64,000 nt of DNA from Candidatus Tepidifontimicrobium thermophilum (GCA_031459915.1 JAVKHO010000005.1:32806-96805), one strand, 5' to 3'; shown: positions 27,879 through 37,944, counted from the stretch's first letter. Numbers and translations: made by a program. Notes: a model not told the origin generated them from the letters alone.

Positions 27879-28886
27879 ATGAGGAGGTTGAGGCTAGCGG
27901 TTCAGGTGTGCGCGGTGGTGTTGGGGGTGGCGGTGGCTGCTTCCGCACAGGCACCGCCCGACGTGGTGGCCGCGGCCCGGCGGGAAGGCCGGGTGGTGGT
28001 GTACGGGTCTCTGGAAGCGGACGCCTTCGACGTGATCCGCAAGATCTACGAGCAGCGGTACGGGGTCCCCGTGGAGTACTGGCGCGCCGCCAGCACGCGG
28101 GTACTGGATCGTGCCCTGGCAGAGCACCGCTCCGGCCGGGGTCTTTTCGACGTGGTGCTGACCAACGCGGGCCCCATGAGGATCCTCAAGGCGCAAGGGG
28201 TCTTCCAGAAGTACGTGTCGCCTACCTACGAGGACTTCCCTCCGGCCACCCGGGACCGGGACGGGATCCTGTCGCCTTCCTACCGCATGGTGGTGATCAG
28301 CGTGCTGTACAACACGAGGCTGGTCCGCCCGGAGGAGGCGCCCCGGACGTATGCGGACCTGCTGGACCCCAAGTGGCGGGGCAAGATGGTGATGCCGGAC
28401 CCCACCCTGCACACCACCACGGCCACGTGGCTGGTGAACCTGCGGCGGGTGCTGGGGGCGCAGTGGCGTCCGTTTGTGGAGCGGCTGGGGCAGCAGGTGG
28501 GGCTGGTGGAGTCCTTCCTGCCCGTGGTGCAGAAGCTTGTCGCGGGCGAGTACGCCCTCGGGATCACGTACGTGAAGTACGTGAAGCAGTTCTCGGAAGC
28601 GCCTCTCGACTACGTGCGGTTGAACCCGGTCCTGGCGGACGCGCACCTGGTGGGGCTGGCCCGGAACGCGCCGCACCCCAACGCGGGCAAGCTCCTGATC
28701 GACACCCTGACCTCCCGGGCGGGGCTGCACGCCCTGGCGCAGACGGGGGAGTTCGTCCTGGTCCCCGGGATCTACCCGCCCATCAAGGACGCGGACAAGC
28801 TGCGGGTGGTGTTGATGGAGGACCTGGACGAGCAGGAGTTCAGGAAGGCGCGGGACGAGCTGGGGCCGCTGTTCCGCAGGAGGTAG
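27879..28886 (+). CDS. ABC substrate-binding protein 2 (paralog of 24076-25086)
   Basis: AARREGRVVVYGS, DLLDPKWRG, APHPNAGKL. Confidence 0.85.
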   Translation: MRRLRLAVQVCAVVLGVAVAASAQAPPDVVAAARREGRVVVYGSLEADAFDVIRKIYEQRYGVPVEYWRAASTRVLDRALAEHRSGRGLFDVVLTNAGPMRILKAQGVFQKYVSPTYEDFPPATRDRDGILSPSYRMVVISVLYNTRLVRPEEAPRTYADLLDPKWRGKMVMPDPTLHTTTATWLVNLRRVLGAQWRPFVERLGQQVGLVESFLPVVQKLVAGEYALGITYVKYVKQFSEAPLDYVRLNPVLADAHLVGLARNAPHPNAGKLLIDTLTSRAGLHALAQTGEFVLVPGIYPPIKDADKLRVVLMEDLDEQEFRKARDELGPLFRRR

Positions 28887-28890
28887 TGAA

Positions 28891-30624
28891 ATGCAGCTCG
28901 GAGGTGCCGTTAGCCGGACCCTGGCGTGGCCCCGGGCGTGGGGGAGGGCGGACGCCACCGTGTGGATCGGCGGCGGGGTGGGGGTGCTGCTGGCGTTCCT
29001 CACCCTCTACCCCACCGCCATGCTGTTCTACGGCAGCCTGAGCGACGCCCCGGTGGGTACCCTGGGCCGCTTCACCCTCGCCCACTACCGCGCCGCCTAC
29101 ACCGACCCCGCCACGTACCGGCTCATGGCCAACTCCTTCGTGTTCGCGGCCGGGGCTGCGGGCCTGTCCGTGCTTTTGGGCCTGGCGCTGGCGTGGATCA
29201 CCGTACGCACCAACGCGCCCGGCCGGGCCCTGTTCGAACTGGTGGCCCTGGCACCCAACGTGTTGCCGCCGCTGCTGGTGGCCACCTCGTGGACCCTCGT
29301 CCTGAGTCCCCGTATTGGGATCTTGAACCTCACCCTACTCCGGTGGCTGGGGCTGCCGCCCTTGAACGTGTACAGCCTGGGCGGGATGGTCTTCGTGGAG
29401 GGGCTGGTCCTCACCCCTCTGGCGTTTCTGATCATCGCGGCGGCGTTGCGGGCCATGGACCCGTCCCTGGAGGAGGCCGCACGGCTGGCGGGGTCGGGTC
29501 ACCTGGACGCGGCGCGCCGGATCACAGTACCCCTGGTGGTGCCCGCGGTGCTGGCCGCGGGCACCCTGAACTTCGTCCGGGCCATCGAGAGCTTCGACGT
29601 TCCCGCGGTGATCGCCCTGCCCGCAGGCATCGAGGTGTTCAGCACCAAGATCTTCCGGGAGGCGCTGGCCGCCTTCCCGCCCAACCACAACCTGGCGGCC
29701 ACCTACGCGGTCAGCCAGCTGGTGATCGCGGTGGCCCTGGTGCTGGTGTACCGCCGGATCACGGGGCTGTCGGAGCGGTACGCCACCATCACGGGCCGCG
29801 GTTACCGGCCGAACGTGGTAGACCTCGGGCGGTGGCGGTACGTGGCCTCAGGCGCGGCCCTGCTGATTCTGGGAGTGCTGGTGGTGGTGCCGTTCCTGGT
29901 GCTGGTGTACGTCTCTTTGCTGCCCTTCTACGAGGTGCCGAGCTGGGAGGTCCTGGGCAGGCTCACGGGCCGGCATTACGCGTTTCTCCTGCAGAGCGAC
30001 CGCGCCGCCCGGGCCCTGCGGGTGAGTCTGGCGCTGGCCCTGGGTGGGGCCACCCTGGCCATGCTGCTGGCCAGTTTGGTGGCGTACTTCGCAGTCCGCC
30101 GCCGCGGCCGGCTGACGGGTGCCCTGGAGGCCCTGTCGTTTGTGCCCTGGGCCTTCCCCGGGACGGCCCTGGCCATCGGGTTGCTGTGGGCGTACGTACA
30201 GCTGCCCCTGCCCATCTACGGGACCGTGTGGATCCTGCTCATCAGCTACGTCACCCGATTCCTGCCCTACGGGTTGCGGCCCATGACGGCCACCATGGTG
30301 CAGGTGCACCGGGAGCTGGAGGAGTCCAGCCGTGTGTGTGGGGCAGGATTCCTGCGTACCTTCCAGCGGGTGCTGTTGCCCCTCCTGAAGCCGGGCTTCC
30401 TGGCCGGCTGGGCCATCCTGTTTACCATCTACGTGCGGGAGTTCAGTACCTCGGTGTTCCTGTACACGCCGCGCGCGGAGCCCGTGGGACCGCTGCTGTA
30501 CCACCTGTGGCAGGACGCGCAGCCCGGGCGCATGGCAGCCCTGGGCGTGGTGGTGAGCCTGATCTGCGTGGTGGTGGTCGGCCTAGCGCGCCGGTGGGTG
30601 GGAGAGGGGAAGACGCTGCGGTAG
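28891..30624 (+). CDS. ABC permease, fused two-domain FbpB/AfuB type
   Basis: Two EAA loops (DPSLEEAARLAG, ELEESSRVCGA). Confidence 0.9.
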   Translation: MQLGGAVSRTLAWPRAWGRADATVWIGGGVGVLLAFLTLYPTAMLFYGSLSDAPVGTLGRFTLAHYRAAYTDPATYRLMANSFVFAAGAAGLSVLLGLALAWITVRTNAPGRALFELVALAPNVLPPLLVATSWTLVLSPRIGILNLTLLRWLGLPPLNVYSLGGMVFVEGLVLTPLAFLIIAAALRAMDPSLEEAARLAGSGHLDAARRITVPLVVPAVLAAGTLNFVRAIESFDVPAVIALPAGIEVFSTKIFREALAAFPPNHNLAATYAVSQLVIAVALVLVYRRITGLSERYATITGRGYRPNVVDLGRWRYVASGAALLILGVLVVVPFLVLVYVSLLPFYEVPSWEVLGRLTGRHYAFLLQSDRAARALRVSLALALGGATLAMLLASLVAYFAVRRRGRLTGALEALSFVPWAFPGTALAIGLLWAYVQLPLPIYGTVWILLISYVTRFLPYGLRPMTATMVQVHRELEESSRVCGAGFLRTFQRVLLPLLKPGFLAGWAILFTIYVREFSTSVFLYTPRAEPVGPLLYHLWQDAQPGRMAALGVVVSLICVVVVGLARRWVGEGKTLR

Positions 30625-30631
30625 CCGCGCC

Positions 30632-31726
30632 TCAGGTCCCCTGGTCCCGCAGCAGGACCACCTTCTGCGGGTCGAACCGCACCGCCACCCGGTCGCCTGG
30701 AGCCCAGCCGGCCTCCCCGTACGCCAGGAGGGGGAAGTCGCCTAGGTCGATCCGGTACTTGGTGGCGGACCCTTCGAACAGAGCGGAGCGCACCACGCCC
30801 TGCCACGCCACAGGGTCCGCGCCTGAAGCAGGTCCGACGGTGACGTGCTCCGGGCGGACGCTGGCCAGCACCGACTCTCCCGGGGACACCTCCACCCCGT
30901 CCGCCCGCGCCTGGATCGTGCCGTGCGCGGTCTCCACCAGCGCGACCCCGCCCTCCACGTGCGCCAGCCTGCCGGGCAGAAGGTTGGTGGTGCCCAGGAA
31001 CTGGGCCACGAAGCGGGTGCGGGGCCGCTCGTACAGGTCGCGGGGGGTTCCGACCTCCAGGACCTTCCCGTCCCGCATCACCGCCACCACGTCCGAAAGC
31101 GCCAAAGCCTCGATCTGGTCGTGGGTCACGTACACCGTGGTGATGTTCAGCTGCCGCTGCAGGGCCCGCAGCTCCTCCCGCACTTGCTCCCGGACCTTGG
31201 CGTCCAGGTTGCTGAGCGGCTCGTCCAGCAGGAGGACCTCCGGCTCGTACACCAGCGCGCGCGCCAGGGCCACCCGCTGCTGCTGGCCGCCGCTGAGGTA
31301 CGGTGCGGGCCGGTCCGCCAGGGCCGCCAGCCCCACCAGCTCCAGGGCCGCGTACACCCGCTTGCGGATCTCTGCGGGGTTCACCCGGCGCACCCGCAAC
31401 GGGTAGGCCACGTTCTCGAACACCGTCATGTGGGGCCAGATGGCGTAGGACTGGAACACCATCCCGATGTGCCGCTGCTCCGGAGGGACGAAGACCCCCT
31501 GAGCCCGGCTGAACACCACCCGGTTGCCGAAGCGGATCTCCCCGTCGTCCGGCCGCTCCAGGCCTGCCAGGCAGCGGAGGGTGGTGGTCTTGCCGCAGCC
31601 GCTGGGCCCGAGCAGGGTCAGGATCTTGCCCTCGGGAGCTTCCAGGGTGACGTCGTCCACGGCCCGCACGCGCTGGCCGCGGAACTCGTACGTCTTCCGC
31701 AAGCCCACCAGCTGGATGTTGGCCAT
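30632..31726 (-). CDS. ABC ATPase, FbpC/PotA type with TOBE domain
   Basis: GPSGCGKTT, MVFQSYAIWPHMTV, LSGGQQQR, LLDEPLSNLD. Confidence 0.92.
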   Translation of the reverse strand: MANIQLVGLRKTYEFRGQRVRAVDDVTLEAPEGKILTLLGPSGCGKTTTLRCLAGLERPDDGEIRFGNRVVFSRAQGVFVPPEQRHIGMVFQSYAIWPHMTVFENVAYPLRVRRVNPAEIRKRVYAALELVGLAALADRPAPYLSGGQQQRVALARALVYEPEVLLLDEPLSNLDAKVREQVREELRALQRQLNITTVYVTHDQIEALALSDVVAVMRDGKVLEVGTPRDLYERPRTRFVAQFLGTTNLLPGRLAHVEGGVALVETAHGTIQARADGVEVSPGESVLASVRPEHVTVGPASGADPVAWQGVVRSALFEGSATKYRIDLGDFPLLAYGEAGWAPGDRVAVRFDPQKVVLLRDQGT

Positions 31727-31796
31727 ACCGCGATCCCCCCAATCCATGTACGTATTCAGTGGATCCACGGGATCTGTGGCCACCCACCGGCCGGGT

Positions 31797-33557
31797 TCAC
31801 CGGGGCGCGCACAGCACCTCCACCAGGGCCGGCCGCCGCTCCTCCGTGCAGACCCGGACCGCCCGCTGGAGGGCAGGGGCCAGTTGGTCGGGGTCCTCCA
31901 CCCGTCCTTCCGCGTACACGCCGAAGGACTCCGCCAGCCGGCGGTAGTCCACGTCAGGGTCGTCCAGCCGGATGCCGACCCCCTTGTTCTCCACGGGCCG
32001 GCCGCGCGCCCGCGCCACCTCCTCCTGGTGCTCCTCGTCGTTGTAGTAGGACCGGTTGTTCACCAGGACCACCAGGACGGGCAGCCGGTGGGCGCTGGCG
32101 GTGTACAGGGCCCCGGGGGTGTACAGGAAGTCGCCCTCGGACTGCAGGTTCACCACCAGGCGGCCGGTGGAACGGTTGGCCAGGCACGCGCCCAGGGACA
32201 CACCCATGCCGTAGCCCAGCCCGGCCCCCTCGTTGTAGCCGAGGAAGCAGTCAGGTTCCCGGAACGGCCACAGCCGGCGGGGCCAGCCGCCCAGCCGTCC
32301 GTTGGCCAGCTGCCACGGGTGCTCGCGGATGGCCTGGCCCACCTCGTAGGCCAACCGGGCCAGGGAAATGGGGCGGTCCGCCCAGCGCTCCTGCAACACC
32401 CTGCCGGCGCGCTCCCGGGCACGGCGGTGCACCTCCTGCACAAACCGCCGGCGATCCTCCCGGGCCGAAACACCGGGAGTTGCGCCCAGGCGCCGGCGGA
32501 CCCGCTCCACCAGGATCGGCAACGTTACCGAGGTGTCCGCCACCACCGTGAGGTCCGTGGGCTGCATCTGGTTGACGTCGTGCACCCAGGCGCGGGCGTG
32601 CAGGTCGCCCACGGTGACGTGGGCCACGCGGGCGTCCGGCCGCAGCAAGGGCCGGGCCTGCCGCGTGGTGCGGTCCACCGCAGCCCGCAGAGCGCCGTAC
32701 AGGTCGTACACCTCCAGGGCCAGGACGAAGTCCGCCTGACCCAGCACCTCCTCCTTCGCGTCGCTGCAGTCCAGGGGGTGGTCCGCGGGGAAGCTGTGGC
32801 GCCGGCCGGTGTCCACCACCGCGGCACCCAGGAGCTCCGCGAGCTCCACCAGGGCCGGCACGGCGGAGGGGTTTCGGCCCACCCGGTCCGCCAGGAGCAC
32901 CGGGAACTCCGCCTGCGCCAGCCACTCCGCCAGCTGGTCCACCGCTCCGTCCTCGGGGGCCAGGCGCGTGCTTCGGAGGTAGCGGTCTGGGTCCGGGATC
33001 CGCACGGGTTCCTCCAGCCTGGCTTCCTGCAGCGCCGCGTCATAACACAGGTACACCGGCCCCTGGGGCTCCTGGGTAGCCAGCCGGTACGCGCGGAGGA
33101 AAGACTCGGGGATGGCCGCCAGGCTGGCGGGCTGGTCGTCCCACTTCACGTAGTCCCGGACCAGGTTGGCCTGGAGGTGCGCGGTGTGCACCCAGTCGAT
33201 CCACGGCCGCCGCTGCGCCGCGTCCATGGGACCGGTCCCGCCCACCACCAGCACCGGCTCCCGGTCGCACCACGCGTTGAAGATGGCCATGGACGCGTGC
33301 TGCAGCCCCACCACGTCGTGTACCAGGGCCACCATGGGCCGGTGGGCGGCTTTGGCGTACCCGTGGGCGACCGCTACCGCGATCTCCTCGTGGGTGCACA
33401 GCACCAGCTCGGGGTTCCGGTTGCCCGCATAGTTCACCAGGGAGTCGTGGATCCCGCGGAAGGTAGCGCCGGGGTTCAGGGCGGCGTACTCCACGCCACA
33501 GCGCCGCATGAGCTCCACGATGAGATCCGAGCCGTATTCCATGGGACGTTCCGTCAA
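31797..33557 (-). CDS. ThDP-binding enzyme 2
   Basis: LNPGATFRGIHDSLVN, THEEIAVAVAHGYAK, variant ThDP motif SEGD...NN. Confidence 0.85.
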   Translation of the reverse strand: MTERPMEYGSDLIVELMRRCGVEYAALNPGATFRGIHDSLVNYAGNRNPELVLCTHEEIAVAVAHGYAKAAHRPMVALVHDVVGLQHASMAIFNAWCDREPVLVVGGTGPMDAAQRRPWIDWVHTAHLQANLVRDYVKWDDQPASLAAIPESFLRAYRLATQEPQGPVYLCYDAALQEARLEEPVRIPDPDRYLRSTRLAPEDGAVDQLAEWLAQAEFPVLLADRVGRNPSAVPALVELAELLGAAVVDTGRRHSFPADHPLDCSDAKEEVLGQADFVLALEVYDLYGALRAAVDRTTRQARPLLRPDARVAHVTVGDLHARAWVHDVNQMQPTDLTVVADTSVTLPILVERVRRRLGATPGVSAREDRRRFVQEVHRRARERAGRVLQERWADRPISLARLAYEVGQAIREHPWQLANGRLGGWPRRLWPFREPDCFLGYNEGAGLGYGMGVSLGACLANRSTGRLVVNLQSEGDFLYTPGALYTASAHRLPVLVVLVNNRSYYNDEEHQEEVARARGRPVENKGVGIRLDDPDVDYRRLAESFGVYAEGRVEDPDQLAPALQRAVRVCTEERRPALVEVLCAPR

Positions 33558-33569
33558 AGCACCCTCCCG

Positions 33570-34547
33570 TCACTCCACGAAGCTCGGAGGCCGGTCCAGG
33601 GTGGAGGGCGCGAACAGGCCCGCCACCTCCAGCCGGCGAGCGGTCAGCCCCTGCTCGTACGCGTACTGTGCGGCCGTCTCCAGCACGTGCCGGTTGGGCT
33701 CAAACCCGTACGCCCAGGGGTCCGGGCCCATCAGGCGACGCTGCTCCTCCAGGGCCGGCAGGAACCACGCCAGGCTCACGCGCCGGGGGTCCTGCAGCCG
33801 GCGGTAGCACTCCTGCTTGCTGGCCTCAAACGCCTGGAGGAGGTTCGTGGCCACCCACGGGTGGCGTTCCAGCACCGCGGTGCGCACCACCACCGTGTGC
33901 ATGATGGGGAAGATACGGGTGCGGGTGAAGTAGGCCCTCTCCCGCTCCGGGTAGTCCTCGAACAGCCGCCGCACCGCGGGGTCTCCCCGACGGTAGGAGG
34001 GAAGCACCTCAGGGTAGATGACCGCGTCCAGCTCCCCACAGGCCAGCATGCGGTCGATGTTGGCACCGGGGGGCACCCGCTCGAGCCGGATCCCCCTGGA
34101 GGAGGGGTCCACGGGGAGGTCCTCCTCGTCCTGGGCCAGCCACCGGATGGTCCGGAGGTCCACGGCGTACTCGTGCTGGAGGATCCCCCGCACCCACAGC
34201 CCTGCGGTGTTCTGGAAGGTCCGCAGCCCCACCTGCTTTCCCTGCAGATCCTGGGGCTCCCGCACACCTCCCCCGGATCGCACGAACACGTACCCGTGGC
34301 GGAATCGACGGTGGGGGAAGACGGGGATGGCGGTGAAGCGGTCGGTGCGGTCCCGGTCCACCAGGTAGGAGGCCAGGGAGAGCTCGCACACGTCGAACTC
34401 CTCGTGCCGCAGCATCCGCCAGTGGCGCTCCGGGGAGGGGAGGGTGACGCACACCAGCTCGATCCCTCCTGGCCGCACTCCCCCGTCCAGCAGCGGGCGC
34501 AGGAGGTCGTAGTCGCCGCAGGCGAGGCTGAGCTGCAGACGCGCCAT
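33570..34547 (-). CDS. 4,5-dihydroxyphthalate decarboxylase-like protein (OphC/Pht5 family)
   Basis: LSLACGDYD...L.DG.V, FDVCELSLASY, IPVFPHRRFRH, QNTA..WVRGILQHEY.V, IFPIMH, DPWAYG.EPNR. Confidence 0.8.
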   Translation of the reverse strand: MARLQLSLACGDYDLLRPLLDGGVRPGGIELVCVTLPSPERHWRMLRHEEFDVCELSLASYLVDRDRTDRFTAIPVFPHRRFRHGYVFVRSGGGVREPQDLQGKQVGLRTFQNTAGLWVRGILQHEYAVDLRTIRWLAQDEEDLPVDPSSRGIRLERVPPGANIDRMLACGELDAVIYPEVLPSYRRGDPAVRRLFEDYPERERAYFTRTRIFPIMHTVVVRTAVLERHPWVATNLLQAFEASKQECYRRLQDPRRVSLAWFLPALEEQRRLMGPDPWAYGFEPNRHVLETAAQYAYEQGLTARRLEVAGLFAPSTLDRPPSFVE

Positions 34548-34552
34548 GAATC

Positions 34553-35302
34553 CTACCCGGACAGGGCGGGGTGCACCCAGCCCCGCTCCCACCGCTGGAG
34601 CTTCCGCACGTAGTAGCCCCAGTTGCGCTCCAGCTGCCGGGGGGAGTGCAGGTGGGCGGCCTTCTGCGCGACCTCCGCCTCCGGGGTCCACTCGTACGGC
34701 CCCAGGCAGGCGGCGAGGATCTGCAGCTTGGCGGCCCGCTCCAGCTGCAGGGCGAACAGGGCTGCTTCCTCCACGCTGGAGCCCACCGTCACGATCCCGT
34801 GGTTGCGCATCAGACACGCCCGGGCGGAACCCAAGGCCCGGGCCAGGGCCTCCCCCTGCTCCCGGGTGTGCACGAGGTCCGTGGTGAAGGTGTAACGGGG
34901 GACCTCCGGCCAGAACAGGGTACCCTCGTGGCTCACGGGGCGCAGGGGCACGTGGCTCGCCGCGAGCGCGGTGGCGTACGGCGGGTGGGTGTGGACCACG
35001 GCCATCACGTCGGACCGCGCCCGGTAGATCTCCGCATGGATGGGCAGCTCCGTGTGCGGCCGGCCGCTGCCCCAAACCTTGTTGCCGTCCAGGTCCACCA
35101 GCACCACATCGTCCGCGGTGACTTCGTCCAGGCCGAGCCCGCTGGCCTTGATCCAGTAGTACGGCGTCCCCGGATGCCGTGCGGACACGTGTCCCTGGGT
35201 GATGTCCGTGTGGCCCTCCATGGCCAGCACCCGGCACGCCACCGCCACCCGTTCTCGCAGCTCCGCGCCCTCCTGAGCCCAGCGATCTTCAGATCCCACC
35301 AC
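34553..35302 (-). CDS. Class II aldolase/adducin family protein 3
   Basis: GHVSAR, ELPIHAEIYRAR.DV.AVVHTHPP, LMRNHG. Confidence 0.85.
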   Translation of the reverse strand: MVGSEDRWAQEGAELRERVAVACRVLAMEGHTDITQGHVSARHPGTPYYWIKASGLGLDEVTADDVVLVDLDGNKVWGSGRPHTELPIHAEIYRARSDVMAVVHTHPPYATALAASHVPLRPVSHEGTLFWPEVPRYTFTTDLVHTREQGEALARALGSARACLMRNHGIVTVGSSVEEAALFALQLERAAKLQILAACLGPYEWTPEAEVAQKAAHLHSPRQLERNWGYYVRKLQRWERGWVHPALSG

Positions 35303-35323
35303 ACACCTCCGTTTCGTGGAGTG

Positions 35324-36976
35324 TCAGCTTAAGCCATCCTCGTGTCCGGTCACCCGGGCCGCCAGGCGGAACACGCCCTCGCCGAAGGGGTCCCGGGGCA
35401 GGCGGTTCCCGCGCCACGCCACGTGGAGGTCGGGCCGGACCAGAATGAGGTCGTACCCGTACAGGTCCCGCACAGGTTCGTCCGGGATGTCCAGCACCTG
35501 GATGGGGGCCCGGAAGTACCCGAAGGCCTGCTCCAGCGGCGCGGTGTCCGTACGGGTTCCGCCGAGGCGGAGCAGGGAGTACCGGTCGGGCGGGAGACGG
35601 TCGTGGAGGGCGGTGCCGTCCCGTAGCCACACGTGAGGCAGGCGGGCGCCGGGCCAGGTGGTGGGCCGGTACTCCATGAAGCTGTCGGGGGGCGGGTCCC
35701 CGGGCTCCGGCCAGACGATGGGCGAGCCCAGGTAGCGGTAGCCCAGTTCCGTACCCAGCATCTCGTTGGTCTTGCGCTGCTCCACGTTGGCGATCCGCGC
35801 CATCTCCTCGCGCGCCTGCTGGCCCTCGGGCGTGGGCTCCGAGATCCACGGCTTGTACGCGGCGCGCCACGCCTGACGGCCCAGGGCCGCAAACCGTGCC
35901 GCGGCCACCGCCCGCTCGCCCACGGGCCGACGTTCCGCCTCGTAGGAAGCCAGCAGCTTGACCCCGCCCCATCCCTGCAGGACCGCGGCCAGCTTCCACG
36001 CCAGGTCCGTGGCGTCGCCCACCCCGGTGTTCATGCCCAGGCCGCCCGTGGGGATCACCAGGTGGACGGCGTCCCCCGCCAGGAACACTCGGCCCACCCG
36101 GTACCGTTCCGCCAACAGCAGCTGCTGGCGCCACCGCCCCGCGTAGAGCAGCTCGTAGCGGACCGGCATCCGCACCACCCGCTCGAAGATGCGGGGCATC
36201 TCCGCGTCGTCCTCCACCACCGCGTGCAGGGTGAAGTGGCGGGCGTCGTCCTGGACGATGAGCATGGTCTGCTGGGTGTCCGCCACGTGGTAGTGCCGGC
36301 CCTTGCCGACGGGGATCCGCTCGAACAGGTCCTCGGACCGGAACAGGGCCTGGCACAGCTCCCGGATGTTCCCCTCGCCGTGGAGCGCCACCCCCAGCAG
36401 CTCCCGGACCGTGCTGTTCCCGCCGTCGCAGCCCACCAGGTACTGCGCCCGCACCTCCACCACCGCGCCGTCGCTGGTCCTGCGGACCTGAGCGGTGACC
36501 CCGTGGGTGTCCTGCTGGAAGGACACCAGCTCGTGGCCGTAGCGGACGGTAACCGTAGGCAAGGCTTCCGCCTCGGACTTCAGCAGCGGTTCCAGGGTGT
36601 ACTGCGAGATGAGCTGGTAGGGCTCCAGGGGCAGTGTTCCGTCGTTGCGGGAGCGGATCTGGGCCTCGGCCTCCGCCACCGACGGGTAGGCTAGCCGGAG
36701 GATGGGGGGATCCACCAGGGAGGTGACGATGAACACATCCATAGGGTAGTGCCGGGGAAAGCCCGCCTGCCGGATCTTCTCCGCGATCCGCATCCGCCGG
36801 TAGATCTCCATGGTGCGGGCGTTGCAGCGTTCCATCTTGGGGAGGAACTGGGGGGCCTCCTTGCGCTCCACCAGGACGCAGCGCACGCCCCGCTGCCCGA
36901 GATCCACGGCCAGGGTAAGGCCCACCGGCCCGGCCCCGACGATCAGGACCTGCGTCTGCAGCTGCAGGTTCGCCAT
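35324..36976 (-). CDS. FAD-dependent aromatic monooxygenase (PheA/TfdB-like group A)
   Basis: GAGPVG, VGCDG, FLAGDAVH...GGLGMNTG.GDA..LAWKL, C-terminal PGARLPH...VRPD.HVAWR. Confidence 0.9.
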   Translation of the reverse strand: MANLQLQTQVLIVGAGPVGLTLAVDLGQRGVRCVLVERKEAPQFLPKMERCNARTMEIYRRMRIAEKIRQAGFPRHYPMDVFIVTSLVDPPILRLAYPSVAEAEAQIRSRNDGTLPLEPYQLISQYTLEPLLKSEAEALPTVTVRYGHELVSFQQDTHGVTAQVRRTSDGAVVEVRAQYLVGCDGGNSTVRELLGVALHGEGNIRELCQALFRSEDLFERIPVGKGRHYHVADTQQTMLIVQDDARHFTLHAVVEDDAEMPRIFERVVRMPVRYELLYAGRWRQQLLLAERYRVGRVFLAGDAVHLVIPTGGLGMNTGVGDATDLAWKLAAVLQGWGGVKLLASYEAERRPVGERAVAAARFAALGRQAWRAAYKPWISEPTPEGQQAREEMARIANVEQRKTNEMLGTELGYRYLGSPIVWPEPGDPPPDSFMEYRPTTWPGARLPHVWLRDGTALHDRLPPDRYSLLRLGGTRTDTAPLEQAFGYFRAPIQVLDIPDEPVRDLYGYDLILVRPDLHVAWRGNRLPRDPFGEGVFRLAARVTGHEDGLS

Positions 36977-36997
36977 GGCGTCCTCGCGTCCGCTACT

Positions 36998-37050
36998 ACC
37001 GTCTTCGACTGGAAGCTGGAACGCAACGGGCGTGTTCGAGAATGCTGAAC
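36998..37050 (-). promoter_or_regulatory. Promoter of the FAD monooxygenase operon: box, 7 nt, TTGCGT-N17-GACGGT
   Basis: Box GTTCGAGAATGCTGAAC at 37034-37050. -35 at 37026-37021, weak -10 at 37003-36998. Confidence 0.7.
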
Positions 37051-37076
37051 CAGCCCGCGGCGGAGGGGGAAGCGGG

Positions 37077-37775
37077 CTACAGCAGCGCCGGCAGGATCTC
37101 CAACCACATCCCCACACCCACCGCCACGCTGGCCAGACCGGCGGAAGCGCGCACGATCTGGTACAGCCGCTCCCAGCGGGAGACCGCGGCCAGGGTAGGC
37201 GCGGCGATGCACAGGCTGGTGAGGAACATGCCGGCCCAAGTCCCCACGCCGAAGGCCAGGAGGTACGCCACGCCCGCCGCCAGGGAAGTCGCCGCGGTCA
37301 TGGCCACCACCGCGGCAGCGCCGCTCCCCGCCAGGCCGTGGACGACGCCTATCAGGAAACTGATGCGTCCCCGAGCCCCTTCCGACGTGTGCGTGTGCGC
37401 GTGGTCAGGGCCTCCCAGGTGGGTGTGGAAATGTGGGTGGGACCGGCCGTCGTGCTCGTGGACGTGGAAGTGTACCCGCTCGCGCCGAAGCGCCCACAGG
37501 GTGCGCAATCCGAGGACCACCAGCAGGACCCCCACGCCTAGATCCACGGTGTGCTCCCACGCCTCAGGCAACCGCACCCGCAACGCCAGCAGCGGCAGGC
37601 CAACCGCGGCGATGGGCAGCAGGTGGCCTGCACCCCACCACAGCCCGAGCCGCGCCGCGGGCCACAGGCGGCGCTCCTCTGCCACGAGGGTGGAGACCGC
37701 CACGAGGTGGTCCGGGTCCAGGGCGTGCCGGACCCCCAGGACGAACGCTGCCCCCAGCAACAGGGCAAAGGACAC
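37077..37775 (-). CDS. Ni/Co transporter (NiCoT/UreH-like)
   Basis: RHALDPDH signature, WGAGH, His-rich loop HFHVHEHDGRSHPHFHTH, GVVHGLAGS. RBS AGGAGG. Confidence 0.85.
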   Translation of the reverse strand: MSFALLLGAAFVLGVRHALDPDHLVAVSTLVAEERRLWPAARLGLWWGAGHLLPIAAVGLPLLALRVRLPEAWEHTVDLGVGVLLVVLGLRTLWALRRERVHFHVHEHDGRSHPHFHTHLGGPDHAHTHTSEGARGRISFLIGVVHGLAGSGAAAVVAMTAATSLAAGVAYLLAFGVGTWAGMFLTSLCIAAPTLAAVSRWERLYQIVRASAGLASVAVGVGMWLEILPALL

Positions 37776-37852
37776 GGAAACCTCCTGTCCTGCCGGGCCA
37801 GCGCGGAGGTGGGCCGGGTCCGTACCCCGCACGTGACCGGTTTTCCCGGACA

Positions 37853-37944
37853 AGCCTAGCTACGGCTGTGCGTGCGGTCAAGCGGCGCGGTGTGCAGGAT
37901 AGCGGAACCGCGCGCTTGTACGCCGGCTGGCCTCGTGTTACGCA
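37853..37944. promoter_or_regulatory. Divergent promoters with a one-mismatch box
   Basis: Box GTGCAGGATAGCGGAAC at 37892-37908. Rightward TTGTAC(37916-37921)-N17-TACGCA, 7 nt from the box. Leftward TTGACC(37881-37876)-N17-TAGGCT(37858-37853), 10 nt from the box. Confidence 0.65.

Noticed and set aside
31727..31796. AT-richer spacer with ATCCA-N13-TGGAT inverted repeat before the ABC ATPase
   Set aside because: The 5-bp arms are too short, it does not match the regulon box and no convincing promoter is present
31524..34613. Very long alternative-frame or antisense ORFs (e.g. 1029 aa at 31524-34613, 950 aa at 23617-26469, 826 aa at 28926-31406, 763 aa at 18184-20475)
   Set aside because: They overlap well-supported genes, are low-complexity Pro/Arg/Gly-rich with no motifs, and are expected shadows in high-GC DNA
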